Positions 37,901 through 48,852 of a stretch of 64,000 nucleotides of DNA are shown piece after piece. The stretch is taken from NCBI RefSeq assembly GCF_037042905.1, contig NC_087259.1, positions 20,212,001-20,276,000 on the forward strand, read 5' to 3'. How positions within the stretch are numbered: the first letter of the stretch is position 1; every line of letters starts with the position of its first letter. The stretch is from Lytechinus pictus (taxonomy: Eukaryota). Both the position numbers and the translations under genes were made by a program. The notes below the pieces were generated by a model, which was given only the letters and a program-made list of their open reading frames with translations, did no database searches and was not told the origin of the DNA.

Positions 37901-40900
37901 CTTTGTAACTTCCAAACTGAAGATGTGAGCCTATCCTTTCCCTGAAAAACATTTTAGACACAAGTAAAAGCAATGCTCCTTTTCTTCTGGAATTCCATTC
38001 TTTTAGCTGGAGTGGGGGGGGGGGTGAAAAGTTGGTTGGTACAAATCTTTATAACTAACATGATTGATGGATCTGACTGGTTTGGTTTTCTCATATGCAC
38101 CTGTCCTGGTGTTGGCCATGGCATTGATGAATGTAAACTGCTGCTGCTGGAGGACCTTATAACGATCCTTCTCCTTGGCAACATCTCTGCGTATAGCATC
38201 CATGTCTGTTTGATCTGTGTGAATCAAAAATATACATGTACATGTATGTAGCCTACTCATTAATATTATTGGAGGAGTTGATTGAGCTACAGAAAGAGTG
38301 GGATAAGAAGGAAAGGAAATGACGGAGAGAAAAATGGAGGAAAAGGAAATGAAGAAAGAGGAGATCGGAGGAGGAGGAAAAGGGAAGGAGAAGGAGGAGA
38401 AGAAGGAGGAAGAGGAAAAGAAGAACGAGACGAGGAAAAAAAAGTAAGAGGAGGAAAGGAGAAGAAGAAAAGAAAAAGGAGAGGAGGGAAAGGAAGAGGA
38501 AAAAGGAGAGGAGATTAAAAGTGGACAAAAAGAACATTGAATAAAATTTAAGTGAAATAAGATTTAAAATTGTGACTAGAATATCATTAACAAAGTATGC
38601 ATGTGGACACTTAAACTAAAATAAGAACTGCAATCAATTGTGATATTAATAAAGGTTACTTACTCATATAAATTGCAAAATAACCCAAAATAAGTATTAC
38701 ATTTTATCCTCTGCAACACTTATTTTCAGTATAAGTGACGTTTTTTTAGAATTTACAAAACTAAATTCAAAACATGTAAGAACACTCCTGCTTATATAGG
38801 CAATCAACACTCATTACTTCTTGAAACACAGATTGTAACTGCCCAGATAATGACACAATATTGCAAAATATACTTCTGCTGTCCATGCCATAACCATGGC
38901 AACCGTTTGCTAATAGTGTTTGTTTTATTCACCTTTTTGTGAGACAGCACACCCATGCACAAAATATTGATGAGCAAAGGCATTATGATATTGCTCCCAT
39001 TAGAATCAATTGTTACCATGACAACCAATTGATAAACAAGAGCAGATTGCTGTCTTGACGCTATACCAGCCGTCTTGCGGAACTGGAAGTCAATATAACT
39101 TGGATTTCGGTTCAGTGATTGATCGATTTTTATGATGCACACATGGAATTGGCAGATGGAAGATCAGGCATGGGAAAAAATTAACTTCCTTTTTCCAAGC
39201 ATGACTGGTGTTTGTGGCATAGAAAGGAATGAATGAAGATAGAGAAATTAAGATTTCAGTGGTGATTCCCTTTATATCACAGCATTCAATTTATGTGTAC
39301 TATGCAAGAACTTTTATATATACATTTATATGAATAACAAGTAATTCCCATATATTTTCTTAAAATTAGTGCTCATGCACTGGCTATAATCATGGACCTA
39401 TGAAGAGATGGACTATCAACGCGAGCATTTCTTTGGTCCAATGATAGTCACCGTCGCTTGGTTATGCACATCTTAATGAGAACATACAGGTGTTGTAACA
39501 ATAGCAATTACCATGACTACCAAGGCGTATCTGATTACCAAAAGACGGAACAGTTACCCGGTCTTGATTTTTGTTGGCTGATACCCTGTTTTAGCATGAG
39601 CCTTTCAGTCAACATGCTTCATATTTGGAGCGGCAAACTTGAGAAGCAGACGATCTTTATGATATAAAATATGATATCATAGATCCGCTAACTACCGCTC
39701 ACACATAAGGACCTCAATAACATTGAGAGATACACGATCTATATATGTTATGTACCACGTATATCTGGAATATTATGGAGAAACTTGGGAAAATTAAATT
39801 TCAAATGGTGAACAATCAATCACAATATTGCCTCTATATTAAAATATGCAGACATTTCTCCCAAATAAAACATATGGAACTAAGATTACCAAAGGTAAAA
39901 AAGAACTGCACATCGATTTTCCATGATTTAAGTGATTTGTTGTCTATTGCGCATATAATTTGTGAAATATAAATGTCCAGTCACGAACTGCTTCCGTCCC
40001 TTCTCACGGTGACGATCATTGAACCAAAGAAGACTAGTACGAAGAGAATGTTATTCAGAGGACAATTACAGTCACCTGTTAGTGAATTCATTAGGTAAGC
40101 GATGAATGTCCATCTCTTCATAGGTCCATGCTATAATCAAGTAAATGAAGTTGAAACACTACATGTATCAAATATCCCAAAACTACAATATAGATGATAG
40201 GTTTAGATCACATCAGGGGCAGATCCAGGATTTTCCAAAGGGCCGGGGCAAATTTTTCTGAGGAAAACTTTGACAAGCAAAAAAAAAAGTCTTCACTTTC
40301 AAAAGGAGGGGGGGGGGGGCACACTTCTGTTTTGATGGCATTTTTACGTTACAAATTATATTTCAAGACTAAAATGTTGCTTTACTCTTACTTGTATTCA
40401 CAATAATGATCCTCTACATATGTACATGTATTTGTATCATTGGTTTTTCATCCAAAAAACAGATTTGAAGTTTGATTGTAAAATGGAAAGAATAAACAAT
40501 TTAAGTCTACCACTTCATACCTTTCAACCTTAATGCTTGCTTCATTGCTTTTTTACTATTTCACATTTGCCTCTTTCCCTGGTCTAAGAAACCAGGGTTC
40601 CCATATATATATAAATATATAGGCTGAATTTGTGAACTGATTTTTATTGGAATTCAGAATTCCATTCATTTTGTATTTCACTTTGAATAGCTAAATAATA
40701 ACAGTAAAATCTACGCTACTACTACTACCAGTACTATATTAACAATATAATAACATAATAATAAATAATAATATTAAAATAATAATATTAATAATGAAAA
40801 TACATAGCTCTTCACACTTTTTTGCATAAAATGCAAACCTTCATATATCTTCATGAATTGAATAATATATTATTCGCTACCTATTTGTATTTTACTATTT

Positions 40901-41285
40901 CAGTCATCCAATTCATTTATTTAAAGACATTAAAATAGCTTAGAGCAATAGAGATCAATAAATATAATTTTTAACAGCTGGTGCATATTGTGGATTTTGA
41001 AAATATACAAAGCTTTTAAAGAATTTGTAGTCATTTTAGCCAATAACATGCAGATAAGATGCTGAAATAAAAAATCTGAAGTTTTGGGGGAAGATAAAAT
41101 GTACCCTTACTAAATTCCAAATGTTTTCTTAGCCTCCAAACATGAAAATCCTTGAATTACACTTATATTCAGTGTTACATCTAGATAGCTGAATATTTGA
41201 GATAGAACAAAACTCTAGTAATACCTTCAGAAGCATGCGATCGACCCGAGATACGGGCATACGGCCGGTACCTCGAGTCGTGCAT
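34923..41285 (-). CDS. SPACA9: Sperm acrosome-associated protein 9 (C9orf9; ciliary/flagellar microtubule inner protein), ~313 aa
   Basis: Exons 41285-41225, 38214-38060, 37467-37243, 36177-35979, 35224-34923. All GT-AG, 942 nt in frame. Peptides YKVLQQQQFTF, KPVRSINHV, NATDRRAM, FSSLRAGYPHQEVNHLSCSEARVLYGGCVSIVPL and APWR match human SPACA9 (YKLFQQQQLTF, STDRRVL, SSLRAKYPHDVVNHLSCDEARNHYGGVVSLIPL, PPWR). The first coding exon is less certain; alternative start at 38203. Confidence 0.9.
35331..35590 (+). repeat. Minisatellite, ~5 units of ~55-64 bp, last coding intron of SPACA9
   Basis: Recurrent CATCACAGAT....ACTAATTTTGAGTTA...GGACAATTATAATAT. Confidence 0.8.
36835..37200 (-). mobile_element. 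L2-clade LINE ORF2 C-terminal fragment
   Basis: ILKSLHWLPVSKRIEFKILLHTWKALHGQSPKYLQDL...LWNALPLRIR, followed by (TTA)n tail sequence at ~36630-36740. Confidence 0.85.
38300..38530 (+). repeat. Purine-rich (GGA/GAA) low-complexity tract
   Basis: Almost exclusively A/G. Confidence 0.9.
39012..39025. promoter_or_regulatory. RFX X-box in SPACA9 intron 1
   Basis: GTTACCATGACAAC is a canonical 14-bp X-box. A second near-match, ATAACCATGGCAAC, lies at 38890-38903. Confidence 0.6.
39391..40130. mobile_element. Non-autonomous P-superfamily-like element
   Basis: Perfect 23-bp TIR CATGGACCTATGAAGAGATGGAC, CAT...ATG termini, 7-bp TSD CTATAAT (39384-39390 / 40131-40137). Confidence 0.8.
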
Positions 41286-41360
41286 CCGCCCCGATGCCGC
41301 GGACCGATCGAGGAGTAGCCGTAACCCAGATCGAAGGTGCTGCTTGTGTGGTCGCCTGAC

Positions 41361-41541
41361 GTTGCTAAGGAAAACTCATCGACGTTCACCAGGCTTTGAT
41401 TAGCTTATACGTGTAATATTTCACAATAAAATGTCTATAAATGAAAACTATATACTTCTAAGAAAATGTAACGTACATCAATGTCTAATTAATCTGATGC
41501 TTTTGGTGTAAATATATCAAAATTTTCGTTGCTAAGGAAAT
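41361..41541 (-). promoter_or_regulatory. SPACA9 promoter with two RFX X-box-like motifs
   Basis: GTTGCTAAGGAAAAC (41361-41375) and GTTGCTAAGGAAAT (41528-41541) lie just upstream of the CpG-rich first coding exon. Confidence 0.65.
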
Positions 41542-42889
41542 AGGATTGACAGGTGACTCGCGCGTAAATTTTGTTGCAAAACATAATCGCATGATCCTTA
41601 ATTTCTCCGAGATAATTGTCTTTGAAAGGCAAAATAATGTGATAAAATGTATCATATCTTACTTACCTAGGTTGCTCTTGTGTAAAAATCCGTGAAAAAC
41701 ATGTATTTTCACCGAGATTTCACCCTCGAATTGCTCGCAGAAGACTTGCAGACTACACGTTTTGCCAACTGAGCTGAGAGTTTGTTGTGATGATCAACAA
41801 CGCGTGACCCAGCAGTGCACTTGTGCTGGGCAATTATCCCCACAGGAATGATAGGCGGTAAGCAAGAACAAAGAAAACCTTTGTGTTGGTGGTTAGCTAT
41901 TAACATGGTTCGGAACACCTTTTGTTGTTATTAAGGGGTATGTCAACAGCGGTTCAATAATCAAGTTACATAGAGTAGAAAGTTGTCACAGATCAGCTTG
42001 AAACATTTTATGTCTCATATTCAATGCACTTTTTGCAAGTCTGTAAATTATGCAATATACTACATTTTGGATTTCAATAGGCATATAGGTGAATTGGGAA
42101 ATGTATTTTCGTAGATCTGACACAGATAAAAAGTGGGTTAGCTATCCGATCTACTTCAGATACAAAAACTATTTTGATAAAAATTTTCAAAATTTATCAT
42201 ATTTGGCATCATGCAATTTCTAGCTGCATGCATATACGCCCCAGGCAACAATTTTTCAATTGCATGGGGGTGCTAGTTTTATTTAATTTGAAAAAAAATT
42301 GACAGGCAAAAATAAAAAGAAAGAAAGAAAGGAAGGAAAGAAGGAAGGAAGGAAGAAAGAAAGAAAGAAAGAAACGTTTTCACTTTAAAGCGAAGGTCAT
42401 GATTTCGGTAACATTTCTTTATACTCTTTAGCATAGCTGCGGTGAAACTTTACCATCAAGAAAGATGAAAATGCTGGGATGTTTATCATTTATTTATTCA
42501 TCTATTCATTCATTTATTTATTTATCTATCTCTTTATTTATTTATTATTTACTTATTAACTAATTAATTCATTTATTTATTTATTTTATTTAATCAATTA
42601 ATTTGTTTATTTATTTATTTCATAGTATAGATATATGGCAAAGACCTATTTAGCCTATATATTCCTTTTTGGGGGTGGTCGATCTTGTCACTTCCACGTA
42701 GAGATGCCCCTTACTATGGCAATGGAAACTAAGAAATGAAGATGGATTCGAACTTCTGACAGTATCTACCAGTGGTGATCGAGGGTATACATACTCAAGG
42801 GCTCGGATCGATCGGGGGGGGGGCGGGTAAATCCGACAAATCATTTTCAAAGCAAAGCAATTCTTAAAGAAATTTATTTAATTATAATT

Positions 42890-43200
42890 ATGGATAGTTT
42901 ACAAATCTTCTCCTTAAGCACCACTGTCACTAGGAAAAATCACAACAAGTGTTTTCAGACATATCGTCCAAGAGGCAATATTGACAAATTTGCCTTTGCC
43001 CAACGATCTGTACCTGAATGGAATAAACTCCCTTTCCAAATAGTTAATGCAGTCTCGCTTGACAGCTTTCAAAAGCTTCTGCAAAATCAGCTTGAAAATA
43101 TTCCTCACTCCTCCTCATAACGTGCGTCCAAGTTTCAGTTCATCTTCGTGATAGGCTGCAGAGCCCTTTGAAGATTACAGCAGATGATGATGATGATGAA
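42890..43200 (+). mobile_element. CR1-group LINE 3' fragment
   Basis: TRKNHNKCFQTYRPRGNIDKFAFAQRSVPEWNKLPFQIVNAVSLDSFQKLL followed by a (GAT)n tail. Confidence 0.7.
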
Positions 43201-43229
43201 ACTGGGAATTTAGGTAAGGTTTCCTTTAA

Positions 43230-43781
43230 AGGGATGAAGTAGAATTCTCTGAGCAAAATGCCGAAAATTTCATCAAAATCGGATAACAAATAAGAAAGTT
43301 ATTGAAGTTTGAAGTTATATAAGCAATATTTTGCTAAAACAGTCGTCATGAATATTCATTAGGTCGGCTGATGATGTCACATCTCCACTTTCCGTTTTCT
43401 TATGTTGTGACATAAAATCATAATATTTTCATTATTTCATACTTGTGTGAATAATATGTCTCCCTTATAATGAAATAAGTTGCAGCAATAAATATCTAAT
43501 GCAGTAAATCAGTTGTCAATCCAATTTTTCTAGTTCTTGGAGGAAAAAAATTGAATGAACCTAATTTCATATAATAAAATACAAAAGAACAAGTGGGGAT
43601 GTGACATCATCAGCCCACCTAATGAATATTCATGACGACTGTTTTCACAAAATATTGCTAAACTTTAAAATTCAGTAACTTTGTTATTTGTTATCCGATT
43701 TTGATGAAATTTTCGGCATTTTGCTTAGTGAATTCTACTATATTTATTAAGCTATAAATACTTTCAGCCCGGACTATCCCT
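43230..43781. mobile_element. Kolobok-like MITE (family B); only its right half remains in copy 2 (49260-49450)
   Basis: TTAA|AGGGAT...GGACTATCCCT|TTCA with long inverted arms. Homologous to 45073-45650. Confidence 0.8.
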
Positions 43782-45072
43782 TTCAATATGAAATAGCTTT
43801 GATTTTGCTGGCTTTGTTCCTGTATAGTTTCCGGGAAAACCCCGTGATACAGATGGCTTATTTCTTTTAAAAAAAGGTCGTGGTAGGGCCCCCACGCTAC
43901 GTTTCTGAAGGGGATTTTTTTTCTGCGGTAATATTATGTAGGTGAAATCCATCCCCGGTGCGGCCTGGATGGGGGATATTATCCCCCTCCCTCACTATTT
44001 ATGACGGAAACGTATTTTTGAACACCGATTAATACTACCGTTAATGCGTGGATTAATCTTTAAATGCAGTAAAAGTACTGAAAGTAGCCTATAATTTTGC
44101 ATTCTAAAAACGCACAATATATTTATCTCGATGTCGCGATCAGCTCCCGCGCTTTTAAGAATTTGGAGGGGAATTCGGCCATGACAAATTCCTGTTTGGC
44201 TTTATTTCAAAGTTAAGTTATATATCTGCTGCACCGTTATGGCTAGCAAAACAATGACTTTTTAAAAATATGGTTATAATAATTGACGTGTGTGTGGATT
44301 GAGGGAGAGGTCCCGGGAGAGGTATATATATAAATCTAAATCCCGTGGATATATGTCCTGGTATCTTTGTGGAACTTGGAAATGATAGGTATATACCTGT
44401 ACCTACCTACCCCGCTACTTCAAGTTAAGTGATGAGTTGCTCAGTATTGAAACACTTTAGGCACTGAGGTTGACAGCAGTAGGCATATTTCCCAAATACC
44501 TTTTCATTTTTATAGGAGACTTAAAATTCAAATCACGTTAATAAACACAATATGAAAATATCGGACTTAAAAAAAAAAAAACGAACAAGGAACTTACAAA
44601 GTCATGACTTTTTTTAGATTGGCATTACTTGGGAGAAACAGTTTCTATGCATGATGATGTGACATCAATATCCACATATTCTATATATGCATTTACATTT
44701 TATTGTCCCCAAGAATATAATAAAATGGATTTACTCACGATTTAATGTGTAGGATAATCACAGCTGCAATTTGTTTGTGTGTTCCAATTAACTCTTAATG
44801 TGCCATTCACAGTAATCAGCAAGTGCCATTTTTTTCAGAGAGTCTATATTTAATTGTTTTATTAATAAAGAAATAGGGAATCACTCTGAGACAATAATGT
44901 TAAAAGTCTTGACCATAAGCTCAACTGAACAATGGAATCACTCATGCATGCAATGCATTCCTCAAAATACAATAGGCATAACAATTAATAGCTGTATGAC
45001 CATTGCACGAAAATGTGTTTGTGGCACTCCAGTGGATGCACAAATATGTGTTCATGGCACGTTGAGTGTTAA

Positions 45073-45650
45073 AGGGATGGTCCGGGCTGAAGATAATTAT
45101 ATCTTCATACATAGAGTAGAATTCATTGAGCAATATGCCGAAAATTTCATCAAAATCGGATAACAAATAATAAAGTGTTAAAGTTTAGCAATATTTTGTG
45201 AAAACAGTCGTCATGAATATTCATTAGATGGGCTGATGATGTCACATCTCCACTTTTCGTTTTCTTATGTTATCACATAAAATCATATTTTTTTCATTAT
45301 TTCATACTTGTGTGAATAAAATGTCTCCCTTATGATGAAATAAGTTGCAGGAATAAATATTTAATACACTAAATCAGTTGTCAATTCAATTTTTCTAGTT
45401 CTTGGAGGAAATTTTTTGAATAAACCTAATTTCATATAATAAAATACAAAAGAACAAGTGGAGATGTGACATCATGCATCAGCCCACCTAATGAATATTC
45501 ATGACGACTGTTTTCGCAAAATATTGCTAAACTTTAAAATTCAATAACTTTGCTATTTGTTATCCGATTTTGATGAAATTTTCGGCATTTTGCTCAGTGA
45601 CTTCTACTCTATTTATTAAGCTATAAATACTTTCAGCCTGGACCATCCCT
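45073..45650. mobile_element. Kolobok-like MITE (family B)
   Basis: TTAA|AGGGATGGTCCGGGCTGAA...TTCAGCCTGGACCATCCCT|TTAA. Confidence 0.85.
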
Positions 45651-47147
45651 TTAAGGCCTGGGACTGGAGACATAATCGTTCACACATATCTGAAATCTTG
45701 TAGGCCTAAAAACAAAAAATTGGAGATAATCAGCCCATCGATATGCATGAGGTTGTGCATATAACGGTTTTTTTTAATAAAACATTGCCAAACTTTGAAA
45801 TTCCATAAATTTGTTGTTTTTTCTAAAATTTTAATGAAATTTTCAGCGTTCCCCTTTGTCTGTGAATTTTACTCTGATCTAATTTTTTCTTTAGTGTATA
45901 ATGGTCCGGAGTACCCCCTATTTTGACCTTTTTCCGTTTACTCCCTCTACGTTTGTCGATTTCATTGCAGTGATCTGAAACCAAAACATGTAAGTTTTTG
46001 GCATAGTTTTTCCCAATGTTATAAGGTAACCGTTGATCATTTAATTTTGTTTTGCATAAGTTTAACTTTGAATTTTACACGAATTGATGAAATCTTGTTT
46101 AGAACATTCACACGGCTTGGAACAGATTCGGCGCGGTGTGACGACTGACGGTGTCGGTGTGTACGGAACAGCTTGTTTGTGTTTTGCGGGACCATACCAG
46201 CGGCGGGTGCGGCCTATGCGGTCATTGGCGGTGGCATCGGCCGCCACGCACGCCGTGTTAATGGTGAAGACAGTATTTTGCAGCAAACCATTAATTATTT
46301 CATGAGAAAGTCTTAAAATCAAGGTTAATTGTCAAAATACTATCATACATCTAGATCTGATCATTAGATTAATGTCAACAACATCATCATAACTTGCACA
46401 GATTCGACAGCTTAATCATGTTGTTAATCATCAGATCATGATTAATATTAATATTTTATTTTTAACGTTAACGCAATAACGCCAACGGTTAAGCTTTTCT
46501 GCATATATTTTTAATTGTTCTTTTCACAGAATGATATTTGCACCAATGTTATTTGTCTATTTTTAAATGCAATGGTCATTTTCAAATTCCATCTCAAAGA
46601 TTCACAAAATCTTGAAATGTATCGCCATGTTTCACGGCCGAGATTCAACATCCCCTGCCCTTCCTTCGACATAGCACATCGCGCGTTCAAAAGTCAATGC
46701 GTGCAAGAGCCGCTGAATTGCGCCGCACCACATGTGATGTGCAACCCGAAAGTTGTAGCGGTCATTCGCTATTACATTGCGATCGGGGCCCCTGTCGAAT
46801 GAAGGCGACCTGCAAGCATGCCGTGACTTGACTTGAATTCAATGCCGTTGAATTTTTCTTTCTTTTTCTTGTTTGATTGGAAATTTTGAAGATACATGTA
46901 TGATCTGTACTTTGCGAGAAAGTTTTCGTACTCGGAACAGAACCAAGGATTTCATTTTTGGCGCATTTTTCAGCGACCTTGCTTCTTATAAAGGGATGCT
47001 TCAGGCTGAGAATAATATGATTTAAACAGATTAAGAAAAATCAGAAAAACACTGAAAAATTGAGGGAAAAAATCGGACTAGGACTAACAAAGTTATGGCA
47101 TTTTAAAGATTTGCATTATTCTGGTGAAGCAGTTTCAGGCATGTCTT

Positions 47148-47579
47148 TTCTTGTCTTGGGTTAAGTCGGCATATGCAGACTTGCTGTACTCCGCCAACTT
47201 TATTGATGTGTGTGAGGTCACCAAGTAAGCAGGTCACTTGCTAGGTTTTTGATTGAGTTTGGATTTGAAAGAGTCCAATGAGTTTATCAATATTGTGTCC
47301 ATGTTTAACTCGTTCCAATCTTTGGTAGTTCGAGGGAAGAAGCTGTATGTATGAGCATCCCTTTTGACTAGCAGACGCTGGAGCTTGATACTATTTCCTC
47401 TAGTCTGCCGGGTGTTTTGCTGGATGAAGTTTTTGGGGTTGATGGCAACAAGACCTTTGGGTGTAATCTCTTTCTGTAGGAATCTGTACTGCCTTGGATG
47501 GTATTTTCATGATGACACATTTGGCTGGATTGAAAGACATGGCCCATTTATTCTGCCACTCTTCTAGTTTTGACAGATC
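47148..47579 (-). mobile_element. CR1-group LINE 3' fragment inserted in an older Kolobok-like MITE remnant (duplicate at 52817-53248)
   Basis: Minus strand encodes GLVAINPKNFIQQNTRQTRGNSIKLQ...YSFFPRTTKDWNEL...LDSFKSKL. Confidence 0.7.
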
Positions 47580-48358
47580 GTCTTCATGAGAAGCAACTTT
47601 CTTTTTTTATGATGTCATATCCCCACTTGTTCTTTTGTATTTTATTATATGAAGTTATGTTTATTGAAATATTTTTCTATCAAGAACACTTGCTCACTAG
47701 GCCTATTGCTCATTGCAACCATCCTGCCTCTGGGGAACCTACAGTTAGGACTATGGTATGCCAATGCAGTACACAGCACACACTTAAAAAAAAACATTAA
47801 AATATCACTTTTGTGACCTAAATACTAATTTCCGTACAGTTGCAATTTATTTTTCATTAGTATTTTGGGAATTATTTCTGTATTCACCAGAGCGCTCAAA
47901 ATCTTGAATTTTGGGCATATTTTTGCGTACGCCCTCTATTGGTGGAAAGTAATATGGCAAGAAAATCGTCATTTTTCAATCTCTGTTTTTAATTTAGAAG
48001 AAATAATTAAAAGAATAGAATTTACTTAGGAGCCAAGTTACATGATGAATGGCTGTAATGAAAACTGACAGTGACAATGTCAAAAAATCAAACATTTGTC
48101 CCAAAGAAAAAAAGAAAATAAGCCAAACGTTGCCAACCTTATTTTGCCACACATGGAGTAGTAGCAGAGAACAAGGTTATATCATATAACCTTGTTCATT
48201 GAATGAGTGACCAAGAACTGAAAAAAATATAATAATAATAACGGCATATTTACCCAGGGTACAGTGTAGCCACTTCAGTTCCGAAAACTGTTATTAACTA
48301 ATTTAGGACTTTCTGGTGGTACATGTAAGTGATAGTGCCTACATACATGTATACATAT

Positions 48359-48852
48359 AACAAGTGGAAAGCCTCTGGATGTCTCACCTGCACTACGCGA
48401 TGCAATATAGCAGCAGTGCTGACTTTGAAAACAGCTATTGGATAATGATTCACAAAAGAAAACACTCATATGATAATAAAATACTATGTCCATTGACCCA
48501 ACATGACCTTTGACTATGATCATGTGACCTAAAGGCTAAGTTGTGTGCAAAACAATCATTCATGCTTGATTACCCTTATATCTATGTTTCATGAACTACA
48601 TGTGTAGATCCATAAACTTTATGTTCTGATGCCAATTTAACAAATACCCCAACACAGCCAAAGTTCATTGACGTTAAATGACTTTTGATCTTGGTCATGA
48701 AACACGCACAGGATATTCAGGGATACCTGGTTACTCTTTTGTCCAAGTTTCATGAACTATATAAACTTTTAAAGTTATGACAAATCCACAAATACCCCCA
48801 ACATTATCAAAGTTTGTTGACCCTAAATGACCTTTGACCTTGGTCATGTGAC
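48359..48852 (-). mobile_element. HINE fragment truncated by the duplication junction
   Basis: AACAAGTGGAAAGCCTCTGG..GTCTCACCTGCA end and TGACCTTTGACC units. Confidence 0.75.

Larger units (their letters stand above)
42300..48852 (+). repeat. Tandem segmental duplication, copy 1 (~6.55 kb)
   Basis: 42301-42710 recurs at +6549 and 43591-48852 at +5669. The ORF track shows identical ORF pairs offset by 5669. Confidence 0.95.

Noticed and set aside
38101-38214. Alternative SPACA9 exon reading (IKQTWML..., donor at ~38100)
   Set aside because: No similarity to SPACA9. The other frame with the donor at 38059 matches the human protein.
38253-38537. K/R/E/G-rich and F/L/S-rich ORFs
   Set aside because: Translations of an intronic purine tract.
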